59,163 nt of DNA from a virus (IMGVR_UViG_3300025030_000113:1-59163), one strand, 5' to 3'; counted from the first letter of the stretch, positions 1 to 9,272 are shown. Notes: a model not told the origin generated them from the sequence alone. Numbers and translations: made by a program.

Positions 1-88
1 CGGTCGGCGGGTATCTCGACCTCAGGGGCACCCAGATCACGGCGCTTCCCGAGGGGCTGTCGGTCGGCGGGTATCTCGACCTCAGCGG
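1..88 (+). repeat. 60-bp tandem coding repeat (LPEGLSVGGYLDLxGTQITA)
   Basis: cggtcggcgggtatctcgacctcag at 1, 61 and 59120. Confidence 0.95.
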
Positions 89-140
89 AGTCAACATCAC
101 CAACATCCCTGCTAAGTTCAAGAGCAAAATCATTCACTAA
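1..140 (+). CDS. 3' end of leucine-rich-repeat protein (continues from 58861 across the window ends)
   Basis: Reads VGGYLDLRGTQITALPEGLSVGGYLDLSGVNITNIPAKFKSKIIH*, TAA at 138-140; same 20-aa repeat as at the window end. Confidence 0.85.
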   Translation, partial: VGGYLDLRGTQITALPEGLSVGGYLDLSGVNITNIPAKFKSKIIH

Positions 141-150
141 AAGGAGAAAC

Positions 151-1548
151 ATGATGGAAGAGAAATCACTTATGGTGGCGCAGCCGAAAACGATGATGAT
201 CAAGAACCTTTGCCCAGGGCTTCAGGAGGTCGGCAAGATCAAGATCGGGAACAAGGGCGCCGTCAGAAAGACCACGCAGGGCAAAGAATGGCAGGCACCG
301 CAGAAGCTTGATCACTTCCTGATCACGACGCTGGAGCGCGGTAGCGATAACAACTACGTGGTGGACTCGCGCCTGCAGCAGAAGTTCGGCGGCGACAACT
401 GCAAGTCGATCCCCGTCAGGCTGATTTACGACGATATCGGGCTCAACTTCGCCACCAGGTACATCTGCTACTACGGTAAGACCGTCTTTTGCAGCGGCGA
501 CGGCGAGACGGCACAGCGTCTCCAGCAGGACAAGACCACGTACAAAGAGCGCAGCTGCCCCTGCGAGCGGCAGGATCCGAAGTTTGCCGGGGACGTCGTG
601 AACGGACAGGTGAAGGCAGGGCAGGGCAAGTGCAAGATCAACGGCATCCTCTCCGTCATCATTGACGGGGCCGATAGCGTCGGCGGTGTATGGAAGCTCC
701 GCACGACTTCTTATAATACCGTCGTTGGCATCATGAGTTCGCTCGCGCTGATCTCGCGCATCACCGGTGGCCGCCTCGCCGGCATCCCCCTGAACCTCAC
801 CGTTTCCCCGAAGACGACGCAGGACCCCGTTGCCGGGTCGCAGGTTACCGTCTACGTGGTCGGGCTCACCTTTGCCGGCAACATGGAGACGCTCCGTAAC
901 ACCGGCTACCAGATTGCCATGGACGAGGCGAAGCACGGTATATCTATGAGGGAGATCGAAACCCGCGCTATCCAGATGATATCCCACGTCCCGGCAGGCG
1001 GCGGTATGGGCGACGACGACACACTTGACGTGCTTGACGAGTTCTACCCCGAAGAGGCGCAGGTGGTGCACTCCGGAGAGCAGACCAGTTTCACCGACGT
1101 GCAGCACGTCCAGCGTCAGCCCGCCGACGAGAAGCCGCTATTCGAAGGCGCCATGGAGCAGGAGCAGGGCACCGGGTCGCAGCAGGGCGGCCAGCCCGCC
1201 ACAAGGGAGCGCGGCAAGCCGTCACCGGGGAAGACGCGCAGGACCAAGGACGAGGTTGAAGAGGACCGTCTTGCCGACCTGGAGGACCAGCAGCGGGCCG
1301 AGACTGCACAGCAGGCAGCGCTCCAAGGCAACCAGCAGCAGGAGGTTATCACCATAGAGTGTGACCATCCCGACGATGCCCTTTTCACCGAGGAAGGCGT
1401 CTTGATGTGCGGGAAGTGCGGCGAACCCGTCCCGGAAGAGGCACCCGAGCAGGAGCAGGAGCAGGAGCAGCCTGCCGCCCAGGTGCAGCAGACCGTAGCG
1501 GCCCCGGCGGCACAGCCCGAAGCCGGCAAGATAAAAGACCTGTTCTAA
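151..1548 (+). CDS. Gp3-like (recombination directionality factor-like) protein, probable DNA-annealing/recombination protein with acidic tail
   Basis: GKIKIG..G, PQKLDHF and GGVWKLRTTS motifs; Cys clusters; acidic disordered C-terminus; RBS AAGGAG; same operon as YqaJ exonuclease. Confidence 0.65.
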   Translation: MMEEKSLMVAQPKTMMIKNLCPGLQEVGKIKIGNKGAVRKTTQGKEWQAPQKLDHFLITTLERGSDNNYVVDSRLQQKFGGDNCKSIPVRLIYDDIGLNFATRYICYYGKTVFCSGDGETAQRLQQDKTTYKERSCPCERQDPKFAGDVVNGQVKAGQGKCKINGILSVIIDGADSVGGVWKLRTTSYNTVVGIMSSLALISRITGGRLAGIPLNLTVSPKTTQDPVAGSQVTVYVVGLTFAGNMETLRNTGYQIAMDEAKHGISMREIETRAIQMISHVPAGGGMGDDDTLDVLDEFYPEEAQVVHSGEQTSFTDVQHVQRQPADEKPLFEGAMEQEQGTGSQQGGQPATRERGKPSPGKTRRTKDEVEEDRLADLEDQQRAETAQQAALQGNQQQEVITIECDHPDDALFTEEGVLMCGKCGEPVPEEAPEQEQEQEQPAAQVQQTVAAPAAQPEAGKIKDLF

Positions 1549-1597
1549 ATCACTGGGGCCTCCGGGCCCCTTCATCCTATCTCTGGAGGGAGAATAC

Positions 1598-2137
1598 ATG
1601 AAACTTACCAAGGTAATGAAGGACCGCATCATAAAAAGCATTATGACGGACACCTTCACCGTTAGAGAACAGATGGTGGAAATTGAAAAAACTAAACTTG
1701 CCAATCGGATCTACGCCGACTACTACGACATCTACAAGAACGACATGGCCAGACTCCCCGAATCGTTTTTCCTGCAGAAAAGCAGCATCAACGTAAAATT
1801 CGGGAATAACGATAGCGTGGGTCTTTCGATGGGAAGCACCCGGCTTGTGGGTAAGCAGCACGAATACGGGCGCTTTGAGTTCGAGGAAAACAACCCTCGC
1901 ACGATTGATTACCGCGCCATCCAGGCCAAGATGCGCACCCTCAGTGTAGATCGTGACAATTTGCGGAGCACGCTCCAATCCATCATCCACCCGATTACCA
2001 CTGACAAGAGACTCATAGAGGTGTGGCCTGACGCAGAACAGCACATTCCGCGCACGGCGGCTGCTACGGTTAACCTGCCGGTCATCCAAGTTGATGGCTT
2101 GAACGCTCTCATATCCAGCATGAAGGAGGTGATTTAA
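1598..2137 (+). CDS. Nmad5-like protein (nucleotide modification associated domain 5)
   Basis: N-terminal MKLTK..KDRI and C-terminal T.KRLIEVWP.A...P...NLP pattern recalled for this family. Confidence 0.6.
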   Translation: MKLTKVMKDRIIKSIMTDTFTVREQMVEIEKTKLANRIYADYYDIYKNDMARLPESFFLQKSSINVKFGNNDSVGLSMGSTRLVGKQHEYGRFEFEENNPRTIDYRAIQAKMRTLSVDRDNLRSTLQSIIHPITTDKRLIEVWPDAEQHIPRTAAATVNLPVIQVDGLNALISSMKEVI

Positions 2138-2138
2138 C

Positions 2139-3998
2139 ATGAAGGCCACGATATCTAATTACCGCGGCGTAAGTTCCGCAATCCTTGAAATAGACAAGAT
2201 CACCCTCGTCTCGGCGCCAAACGGGGGAGGCAAAAGTAGCTGCTGCCAGGCAGTAGGCGCAGCGCTCACCGGCGAGCCTATCCCGCTGGAGGGCATAGCG
2301 AAGGCCAGCGCTGGCGTGCTGGTGCGCTCCGGGACAGCGGCCGGTAAGGTGGAACTCTCCGGGATCACCGGCACCACCGAGATTGCCTGGCCGAGCGCCA
2401 AGGTGAAATCCAGCGGGCAGGCACCGGCCGCCTCCGAGTTCGCCGCGGGCCTCAACAGCATCGTCTCCATGGATATCAAGAAGCGCATCCCTTTCCTGAT
2501 CGATTACCTGCGGGCGCAGCCGAGCAAGGAGAACCTGGTACTGGCACTGGTCGATTTAGACCTTGGCTGGAGCTATACGCACAAGGACGGGCAGGTGATT
2601 GCTTGCAAGGACGGCCGTCCGTTCATGATGACGGCCGATGATGGCCCGTACCAGCCCGAATCCGGCACCGTCAACAAGCTCTGGGAACTGATCCAGACGC
2701 AGGGATGGGACGGGACCTACAACCAGGTGAAGGAGAAAGGCGCCAAGCTCAAGGGCCAGTGGGAGTTCATCACCAACGCGAACTACGGCGCCAAGGTTGC
2801 CGGGTCCTGGATACCGAACGGCTATGACCCGTCGCTGGAGGGGAGCAGTGAGGACACCTTGAAGGCCTGTGTCACCGACGCCCGGGACGCGCTGGAGGCG
2901 GCCATTGCAGCGAGCGCCGTCGACGATTCGAAGCGGCAGGACCTGGAGAACCTGGTGGCGCTGCAGGGCGAGCGGCAGACCGCGATGGATCTTGCAAAGA
3001 CTCCGCTCCCCGAGGACGCCGCGCTCAAGGATATCACTGCAAAGCTCAATGATGCCAGGTCGGCAGTCACGAAGGCGCAGCACGACCTCAACACCCTCAG
3101 AGCAGCTGCACCGAAAGCCGGGGACCCGCCCAAGAAACTGTACTGCACCTGCGGCAAGGAGCTCATGCAGGATTCGCAGGGGGACCTGTGCGATTACAAG
3201 ACGAGCGGCCCAGACCAGGCCACCATCGACGCGCACGCCGTCAAGGTTTCCGATGCCGTCAAGGTCGTGAACGACAAGTCGAAGCTGGTCACCCCCATCG
3301 AGGCCGAGCACAAAAAGCTTTCCGACGCGAGGCAGCTGGTGGTAAACCAGTGGAACCAGGATATTACCGAGTGCTCCCGCAAGGTGGCCGAGTGCATCAC
3401 CGCCAGAAACGAGCTCGACAAGATGGGCGCCCCCTCCACGGCGCAGGCCGGCGCATCGGTCGAGCAGTGCCGCAACGATTTGTCCGCGCACGAACTCAGG
3501 CTCAAGGCGTTCACGTCGAAGCGTGATGCCGATTCCATCCACAGGAACATCGAGCTCAATCAAGCGCTGCTGAAGCACATCGCGCCGACCGGCGTGCGGG
3601 CCGACGTGCTGACCGCTGCAATCGGGGAGTTTAACAAGGTCCTGCTGCAGTTGAGTGCGACGGCCACTTGGGCGCCGACCGAAATCACCCCGGAGTTCGG
3701 GTTCACGTTTAGCGGCACGCCGTACTTCCTGCTCTCCAGCGCCGAGCAGTTCAGGGTGCGCGTCATCGTCCAGGTGGCCATGGCCATGCGCGAGAAGTCG
3801 GCAATGATAGTGGTCGACGGCGCCGACATTCTCGACAAGGGCGGGCGCAACGGTCTGTTCCGGCTGCTGCACAGCACCGGGATACCCGCCCTGGTCGGCA
3901 TGACGATCGACGCGGAAGAGAACGTGCCGAACCTGGCGAACGCGGGGCTCGGGCGGTCGTATTGGCTGGGGGCGTCCGTGGCAAAGGAGATTGTGTAG
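2139..3998 (+). CDS. Rad50/SbcC-like ABC ATPase with coiled coil
   Basis: Walker A APNGGGKS, central CTCG zinc-hook-like motif, signature LLSSAEQ, Walker B IVVDGAD. Confidence 0.8.
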   Translation: MKATISNYRGVSSAILEIDKITLVSAPNGGGKSSCCQAVGAALTGEPIPLEGIAKASAGVLVRSGTAAGKVELSGITGTTEIAWPSAKVKSSGQAPAASEFAAGLNSIVSMDIKKRIPFLIDYLRAQPSKENLVLALVDLDLGWSYTHKDGQVIACKDGRPFMMTADDGPYQPESGTVNKLWELIQTQGWDGTYNQVKEKGAKLKGQWEFITNANYGAKVAGSWIPNGYDPSLEGSSEDTLKACVTDARDALEAAIAASAVDDSKRQDLENLVALQGERQTAMDLAKTPLPEDAALKDITAKLNDARSAVTKAQHDLNTLRAAAPKAGDPPKKLYCTCGKELMQDSQGDLCDYKTSGPDQATIDAHAVKVSDAVKVVNDKSKLVTPIEAEHKKLSDARQLVVNQWNQDITECSRKVAECITARNELDKMGAPSTAQAGASVEQCRNDLSAHELRLKAFTSKRDADSIHRNIELNQALLKHIAPTGVRADVLTAAIGEFNKVLLQLSATATWAPTEITPEFGFTFSGTPYFLLSSAEQFRVRVIVQVAMAMREKSAMIVVDGADILDKGGRNGLFRLLHSTGIPALVGMTIDAEENVPNLANAGLGRSYWLGASVAKEIV

Positions 3999-4001
3999 GT
4001 C

Positions 4002-4271
4002 GTGGGTGAGCCGTGGTACATCCTGAAGAACTTGCTTGATCGGCCCAACTACACGGCCCACATGGACCCCGAGTGCAGCCACCTGAAGCTGAAAAGCAAG
4101 CCGCGGAAACTTCAATTCGTGGTGCGTTACCGGCTCGGGGTCCATACTCCCTGCAAGATGTGCGGCGGGGTAGCCCGGCAGGAATGGGAAGCCTCATGGG
4201 ATATGTACTTCACTAAGCAGATCACCCATGAAGAAATGACCCGGATTAGAAACAGAATATGTGACAGGTAG
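4002..4271 (+). CDS. hypothetical protein with His/Cys motifs
   Basis: Tightly packed ORF; H...ECSHL and PCKMC. Confidence 0.55.
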   Translation: MGEPWYILKNLLDRPNYTAHMDPECSHLKLKSKPRKLQFVVRYRLGVHTPCKMCGGVARQEWEASWDMYFTKQITHEEMTRIRNRICDR

Positions 4272-4290
4272 TGTAATGACATAGTTTCAA
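4272..4290 (+). promoter_or_regulatory. putative operator, copy 1 (TGTAATGACATAGTTTCAA)
   Basis: Exact 19-bp copy at 12213-12231; both directly precede a GGAGG RBS. Confidence 0.55.
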
Positions 4291-4303
4291 GCGGAGGCAA
4301 TTT

Positions 4304-4495
4304 ATGAAGCATGGAGGGAAGCGCACTGGTAGCGGGGGTCCGAAAGGGCCCCGGCCCAAAACAGCAACCGACGTGATCCAGATCAGGGTGAGCCCGCACG
4401 AAAAACAGTGCATCGAGGAACGAGCGGCCCGGCGCGGCATGTCGGTGACCGAGTACATAAAATCCTGTACTTTGATGGGGAGGGATGATGTCTGA
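4304..4495 (+). CDS. ribbon-helix-helix DNA-binding protein
   Basis: GGKRTGSG..KG leader then IQIRVSPHEK..IEERAARRGMSVTEYI. Confidence 0.75.
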   Translation: MKHGGKRTGSGGPKGPRPKTATDVIQIRVSPHEKQCIEERAARRGMSVTEYIKSCTLMGRDDV

Positions 4496-4775
4496 TTACG
4501 AAACGCCATCGGTTTACACTGAGACGCACCCAACAGCGGCAAAATCCCACAGGTGCTGTGAATGCTACGATGAAATCCCGAAGGGCGCGGTGTACCAACA
4601 CGTCAAAGGGTTGTGGGATGGACGCTGGGGTTCTTTTAAAACTTGTGAAAGATGTGAAAGCCAAATAGAAGATTATCGCCTTCAAGTTGGCGAGCAGCCA
4701 CCGTTTGGATTGCTACGGGACTGGTGCTTCAACTCAGATATCAAATTTTGGGCTGACGAGCCGAGGACGGTATGA
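4485..4775 (+). CDS. zinc-finger phage protein
   Basis: HRCCEC...I.KG..Y and KTCERC. Confidence 0.65.
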   Translation: MMSDYETPSVYTETHPTAAKSHRCCECYDEIPKGAVYQHVKGLWDGRWGSFKTCERCESQIEDYRLQVGEQPPFGLLRDWCFNSDIKFWADEPRTV

Positions 4776-5005
4776 AACCTAAAACCGTCTGCGACTGCGG
4801 CAACCGCCTTACCGAGAAACAGATCGCTCGCGGGGGAGAATACTGCAGCGTGAAGTGTGACGGGAAGTACAGGCCCAGGGGACCCGCAAAGCGCGGGTTC
4901 ACCCTGGAGCAGCCAACCAACAAGAAACGGCGCACGCTCGGCCCGGGCTTTCGGGCTTTTGTAGATGGTGAGATTCGGCCGGTGCCGAGGGAGGGAACAG
5001 AGTGA
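4772..5005 (+). CDS. small zinc-ribbon protein
   Basis: CDCG...YCSVKC; ATGA overlap with upstream gene. Confidence 0.55.
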   Translation: MKPKTVCDCGNRLTEKQIARGGEYCSVKCDGKYRPRGPAKRGFTLEQPTNKKRRTLGPGFRAFVDGEIRPVPREGTE

Positions 5006-5541
5006 GTCCAAACATCGTCAAAACCAAGCATCAAATGTACGCGCTTTGGAAAGCGGGCGCATTTGGGAATAAGGTGCGCCACTGGGACAGTCTGGACGAT
5101 TTCCTGTTAAGTGGATACACCGGCCGTTGCGGGTTCAGGTCAACCAAGGTGGGTAGTAGTCACATGGGTGTTTTCCCGAACCCCAAGGAACTCCTTCGCG
5201 CCATACCCGTTACCGACGAAAAACTGGTAATCAGCGAGGGAACGCATGACGAATTGTTGTTGATCCAGGGAGAACTCACCAGGGACGGCTCCGGCGTCTA
5301 TCTGTACTACAGCACGGCTAAATTGGTAATGCGTAAAGCCTTAGCTGAAGATCCCATGCACGCCACTGGTCTCAAGGTTCACACGATATTGCGGTATTTC
5401 TGCGATCCGGCAAGTTACGAGGATTTGATGCTACTGCTCGACATGTACCCGGGGCATGTTGTCGAGTTCAGCACCTTTAAAACAAATCTCGGGGTAGTCC
5501 CTGCAAGAAACACTGTCATATGGGAAGTCAGAAATTACTAA
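5002..5541 (+). CDS. hypothetical protein
   Basis: 179-aa ORF, GTGA-coupled to upstream gene. Confidence 0.65.
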   Translation: MSPNIVKTKHQMYALWKAGAFGNKVRHWDSLDDFLLSGYTGRCGFRSTKVGSSHMGVFPNPKELLRAIPVTDEKLVISEGTHDELLLIQGELTRDGSGVYLYYSTAKLVMRKALAEDPMHATGLKVHTILRYFCDPASYEDLMLLLDMYPGHVVEFSTFKTNLGVVPARNTVIWEVRNY

Positions 5542-5553
5542 AAGGAGAACAAC

Positions 5554-6219
5554 ATGCTGCTGGTTAAACCATCATTCGAAATTCTGGCTATCACTACGGC
5601 CCCGCTCACGCTGATCGAGTCGGCCGGCCGCACCTGCTACAAGTCCGAAGAGAAGATCAAGCCGGGATCCGCTTTGGATTTTGCGGCCATGATCCTGAAG
5701 CGCGGGCACGAAACGGTGATCGAGCACGCTTCAGCTACCGTCCGGTTCATCTGCGACCGCGGTGTAAGCCACGAGATTGTGCGCCACCGGATCGCCAGCT
5801 ACTCTCAGGAGAGTACCCGGTACTGTGACTATGAAGGTGGGCACGTCGCTTTTGTGATTCCGCTCTGGACAGCACTGCAACCCGGGCAGTTCGACGTTAT
5901 GCCCAGGCCGGGAATTTACCCTGGCGCTGATCTGGAGTGGCTCCTTGCAATGAACGATGCAGAAATCGCATACAAGCAGCTGAGAGACGCTGGATGGCGC
6001 CCCGAGCAGGCTCGCTCTGTGCTGCCGAACTCCCTGAAAACAGAAATCGTGATGACCGCCAACCTGCGCGAGTGGCGCCACTTCTTCAAGCTGCGCACGG
6101 CGCCGGCCGCTCACCCGCAGATGCGAGAGGTAGCTATTCCGCTCCTGAAAGAAATGGCAGCAAACATTCCGATGATCTTTGACGATCTGATACCGGTTGA
6201 CCCCGACAGCGTGCTGTAA
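5554..6219 (+). CDS. thyX: FAD-dependent thymidylate synthase ThyX
   Basis: GHETVIEH, RHRIASYSQESTRY (RHRxxSxxxxSxR), ARSVLP, ANLREWRHF. Confidence 0.95.
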   Translation: MLLVKPSFEILAITTAPLTLIESAGRTCYKSEEKIKPGSALDFAAMILKRGHETVIEHASATVRFICDRGVSHEIVRHRIASYSQESTRYCDYEGGHVAFVIPLWTALQPGQFDVMPRPGIYPGADLEWLLAMNDAEIAYKQLRDAGWRPEQARSVLPNSLKTEIVMTANLREWRHFFKLRTAPAAHPQMREVAIPLLKEMAANIPMIFDDLIPVDPDSVL

Positions 6220-6234
6220 AACCCTCCAGAAACG

Positions 6235-6269
6235 AAGAAGGCGCCCCGCGAGAGGCGCCTTTCTTTTTC
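6235..6269. terminator. probable bidirectional intrinsic terminator
   Basis: aaggcgcc/ggcgcctt stem plus T-rich tail between convergent operons. Confidence 0.75.
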
Positions 6270-6289
6270 AACCCTACCGTTCCCCTTCC

Positions 6290-6676
6290 TTACAGCAGAT
6301 TGCACGTCATATCGACGATGATGCGCGGAGTGGCGGGGAGTTCCGCAACCAGTTCCTTCGCCTCGCCGCTCGGATAAGTCACCCGCAGCATGCTCAACCC
6401 CTGGAGCCCTTCGAACTCTTCAACCTTCATGCCGTGCTTTCTGGCAAACTCTGTCGCCTCTTCCATCGTCATCATTTCAAGTTCCTCCCTGCGAACGATC
6501 ATTACTGCCGTGAACGCTACCTCTGCCATGCGCGGGATCACAACGCCCGGCTGCTCCCACCGGCGCACGGTCAGGTAGTCAACGCCGATCCGCTCGGCCA
6601 ACTCCTTCCTGGAGAGCCCCAGCGCGAGCCTTGTGGTTTTCAGGCTATCTGGTGTGAGTGTCTTTGCCGGCTGCAC
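6290..6676 (-). CDS. XRE-family helix-turn-helix protein
   Basis: LKTTRLALGLSRKELAERIGVDYLTVRRWEQ; GTG overlaps upstream stop. Confidence 0.75.
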   Translation of the reverse strand: MQPAKTLTPDSLKTTRLALGLSRKELAERIGVDYLTVRRWEQPGVVIPRMAEVAFTAVMIVRREELEMMTMEEATEFARKHGMKVEEFEGLQGLSMLRVTYPSGEAKELVAELPATPRIIVDMTCNLL

Positions 6677-6834
6677 TAGAAATGCCTCCCGGGGCCGAAC
6701 AGCGCCCTGTATTTCTGCATCGTGAGCCAGGCCCAGCCGGTAGCGATGCGGTTTGCCAACCACTGGCCCCAAGTTACTTCGGTTTGGCACGCGATGCCGG
6801 CTTTTGTGGTGCTCCTGATATACCTTTTCTTCAT
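6676..6834 (-). CDS. small hypothetical protein
   Basis: RBS AAGGAGG before ATG 6834; MKKRYIRSTTK... Confidence 0.5.
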   Translation of the reverse strand: MKKRYIRSTTKAGIACQTEVTWGQWLANRIATGWAWLTMQKYRALFGPGRHF

Positions 6835-7019
6835 ACGAATCCTCCTTGGTAGAGCGCAGCCGATACGGCAGCGCGGTAATATTGCTTTTCTCGCTCGGTC
6901 ATCACTGGAGTATCTTCCAGCAGCGAATTGATCAACACCATGTCCCTGAGGCAATGACAGATCATGCGCTGGTTCTCCGCGTCCAGCTCCATTTCCCCGC
7001 CGCACTTACGACAGTTCAC
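6831..7019 (-). CDS. small zinc-ribbon protein
   Basis: CRKCGG...ICHC; GGAGG upstream. Confidence 0.55.
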   Translation of the reverse strand: MNCRKCGGEMELDAENQRMICHCLRDMVLINSLLEDTPVMTEREKQYYRAAVSAALYQGGFV

Positions 7020-7143
7020 GGAGCGCCTCCATTTCCTCCGTCTCTCTACTGGTGCGCCCCGCTGCTACCATGAGGCAGGTGATGACAACCCCTACAACCG
7101 TCCCAATAACGCCGCCTGCTGCAAATGCTATCCAGACTGCCAT
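7006..7143 (-). CDS. small single-pass membrane protein
   Basis: MAVWIAFAAGGVIGTVVGVVITCLMVAAG...; RBS AGGAGG. Confidence 0.5.
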   Translation of the reverse strand: MAVWIAFAAGGVIGTVVGVVITCLMVAAGRTSRETEEMEALRELS

Positions 7144-7160
7144 GGTGCCCTCCTGTTATT

Positions 7161-7400
7161 TCATTTTAAGTATGGTCCAGGTTTCTGTTTCTTCCGATCA
7201 ATGATGCTCTGAATCTCTTGCGGTCCTGCCAGCAGGTATTTGTCGACCTCTTCGACCAGCCAGATGCGCCAGGCCTCCCCGCGGTGATCGCGCACCAGCA
7301 CGTTCGCCTGGTCCCTGGTGCACTCCCACAACTCGGAGTCGAGGACGTCTTTGATTGCTACAACGTCGATTTTTGCGTCTAGTGCTTTGCTGTACGGCAT
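7161..7400 (-). CDS. hypothetical protein
   Basis: RBS AGGAGG before ATG 7400. Confidence 0.55.
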   Translation of the reverse strand: MPYSKALDAKIDVVAIKDVLDSELWECTRDQANVLVRDHRGEAWRIWLVEEVDKYLLAGPQEIQSIIDRKKQKPGPYLK

Positions 7401-7408
7401 GAGCCCTC

Positions 7409-8266
7409 CTAAGCTGAATACCGACTGAACCGGCACTTACGCCATATCATAGGCGAATTGCCCCACCTGGAAAGCCGGTTGTTTTCCCTATTTTTGACAT
7501 AAGGCTGGACATGGGTATTAATCCCCAACTTATGCAGGTAGTCCAGCCGGTAAAGATCCTGCTTTGGTGTCGTGTCAAACCCCGTCAAAACGTAGAAGCC
7601 TACAGTGTGTCGAGTGATCGGAAGCCCTGCGTTGCGCAGCAGCCGGATACCCTTCTTGACCGCCGGCATCAGGTCCATACTGTCCCAGGCGAACCGTAAA
7701 TAGGGGGGGGCGAGCGCCGTCAACAGTTCCGCCTTTTCTTCAGTCATTAACCGGATGTCGAGCCCCTGGTTGAAATCGACTTGGAGCCCGCGTAGCGTCA
7801 TTGCTACCAGCTTTGCCCTCCAGTGAGGCGAGGCGAGGAAGTTGTTGTCGAGCAGGACGACCTTCTTGTGCCGCACGAATTCATCAAGCGGCGACCACTC
7901 GCAAAGCCCACCCTCCTTGACCGGTACGATGCAGAATGAGCAGTCACGGCAGCAACCCCGCGAGGTAAAACCCATGCTGTAGTCCAGACCATACAGACTG
8001 TAATCGGGGCAGATGTGCTCTATCTCTGGCGGCAGCACCACCGAATAGTCACCCGTTCCGCTCCCGGCGATAGTCCCACCTAACGCCCGCTGGATCTTCC
8101 GCGCTTTCGGCATGTTCGCGGCGAACACGACCGAGATAAAAACCTGATCCGCAGGGCGGCAAGAGTTCATTGTCACTTCTGCGCCTTGGGCCTTCCAGTA
8201 GGCCGACAGTTTCATCAGGGCAAGGTTTGGGTACGAGCCGTCAACGTCGATCAGGTTTATTCGCAT
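7409..8266 (-). CDS. radical SAM protein
   Basis: TSRGCCRDCSFC (CxxxCxxC), LLDNNFLA, DFNQGLDIRL; N-terminal LIDVD..YPNLALMKLS. Confidence 0.9.
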   Translation of the reverse strand: MRINLIDVDGSYPNLALMKLSAYWKAQGAEVTMNSCRPADQVFISVVFAANMPKARKIQRALGGTIAGSGTGDYSVVLPPEIEHICPDYSLYGLDYSMGFTSRGCCRDCSFCIVPVKEGGLCEWSPLDEFVRHKKVVLLDNNFLASPHWRAKLVAMTLRGLQVDFNQGLDIRLMTEEKAELLTALAPPYLRFAWDSMDLMPAVKKGIRLLRNAGLPITRHTVGFYVLTGFDTTPKQDLYRLDYLHKLGINTHVQPYVKNRENNRLSRWGNSPMIWRKCRFSRYSA

Positions 8267-8267
8267 C

Positions 8268-8684
8268 CTACCAATCCCCGAACGTGCAGACCGGGCCGCA
8301 GTTCGATTTCGCGCAGTCGTGAGCCTTCAGCGCCCTGGTGAACTCCGCTTCCTGTTCCTTCCGCCTGGCGCCCCAGCCCTTCACCGGAGCGGCACCCTTG
8401 GCGAGCTGCTCGCAGCGCGGGCAACCCATGACGCGACGACCGAACGGCAGCGGGTCGTGGTCGTGCTTGGCGGGTTCTTCCGGTTTAGGCTCCAGAGTCC
8501 CGACCGTCGCGCTGTTGAAGCCGTAAGAGAAGTGCAGCGGGCCTTTCTCGCCGGCATTGCGCCACTCGTACAGTTTCAGCGGGTCAGCGGAGAAGCAGCC
8601 GCACAGGTAGGCGGCTATTTCTTCCAGCGTCTTGGCCGTGAACCTGGCCCTGTTCTCGACGTCACAGTAGTATCTTGCGTCCAT
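8268..8684 (-). CDS. hypothetical early protein with Cys/His-rich C-terminus
   Basis: RBS AAGGAG; CPRC and HDC...CGPVC motifs. Confidence 0.6.
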   Translation of the reverse strand: MDARYYCDVENRARFTAKTLEEIAAYLCGCFSADPLKLYEWRNAGEKGPLHFSYGFNSATVGTLEPKPEEPAKHDHDPLPFGRRVMGCPRCEQLAKGAAPVKGWGARRKEQEAEFTRALKAHDCAKSNCGPVCTFGDW

Positions 8685-8694
8685 GGTGGACTCC

Positions 8695-8859
8695 TTAAAA
8701 GTTGCTCGGCTGTCCGTCTGCATCGTCGATCAGGTCCCTGGTAAATACCACGTCGGCCTTCTTGCACGGCAGCCAGCGCATCGCCCGCGGCGAGAAGTAA
8801 AAGAACTTGTTTCCGGTTTGCTTTACCTGGTACACACGTTTGCCGATGACTAGATTCAT
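8695..8859 (-). CDS. small early protein
   Basis: RBS AGGAGG; MNLVIGKRVYQVK... Confidence 0.6.
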   Translation of the reverse strand: MNLVIGKRVYQVKQTGNKFFYFSPRAMRWLPCKKADVVFTRDLIDDADGQPSNF

Positions 8860-8872
8860 GGTGGACCTCCTG

Positions 8873-9016
8873 TTAATAGCCTTCATGCAGCAAGTAACCT
8901 TTGACTATAGCGTACGCTCTTGCAGCTTTTCTGGTCTTAAAAGACTGCAAAGTTGTGTTGTCTTTAGTGCATATCACCCATTGTTTGCCATCCCTCAATA
9001 ACCATAACGCTTTCAT
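8873..9016 (-). CDS. small early protein (47 aa, not in ORF track)
   Basis: RBS AGGAG; MKALWLLRDGKQWVICTKDNTTLQSFKTRKAARAYA... Confidence 0.55.
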   Translation of the reverse strand: MKALWLLRDGKQWVICTKDNTTLQSFKTRKAARAYAIVKGYLLHEGY

Positions 9017-9058
9017 GGTCGACTCCTGCCAGGTTTGGCCGCCTGGCTCGGCACAGTG

Positions 9059-9181
9059 TTAGCTGGCGAAGTGCTCAACGGTGCAGCGGAAGCGGAGGAC
9101 GTTGTATGCTTCGCCTTCCATGTTGACGTTGCTGTTGTCGTAGTAGATCCGGCCGTCTTTCATGCAGAAGAAAACTTTCAT
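9059..9181 (-). CDS. small early protein (40 aa, not in ORF track)
   Basis: RBS GGGAGG; first ORF after the promoter at 9220-9248. Confidence 0.5.
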   Translation of the reverse strand: MKVFFCMKDGRIYYDNSNVNMEGEAYNVLRFRCTVEHFAS

Positions 9182-9219
9182 GGTATCCCTCCCGTCCGCG
9201 ATCTTCTCCACGCAAAACA

Positions 9220-9248
9220 ACCTTACTATTTGAAAATTAAGGTGTCAA
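9220..9248 (-). promoter_or_regulatory. sigma70-type promoter for the small-gene cassette
   Basis: TTGACA-17 bp-TAAGGT with AT-rich upstream tract. Confidence 0.65.
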
Positions 9249-9272
9249 GGGGAAATGTTTAAAAAATAAAGG

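Noticed and set aside
1446-1470. GAGCAG hexamer repeats
   Set aside because: In-frame EQEQEQEQ in a disordered tail; length changes would not shift the frame
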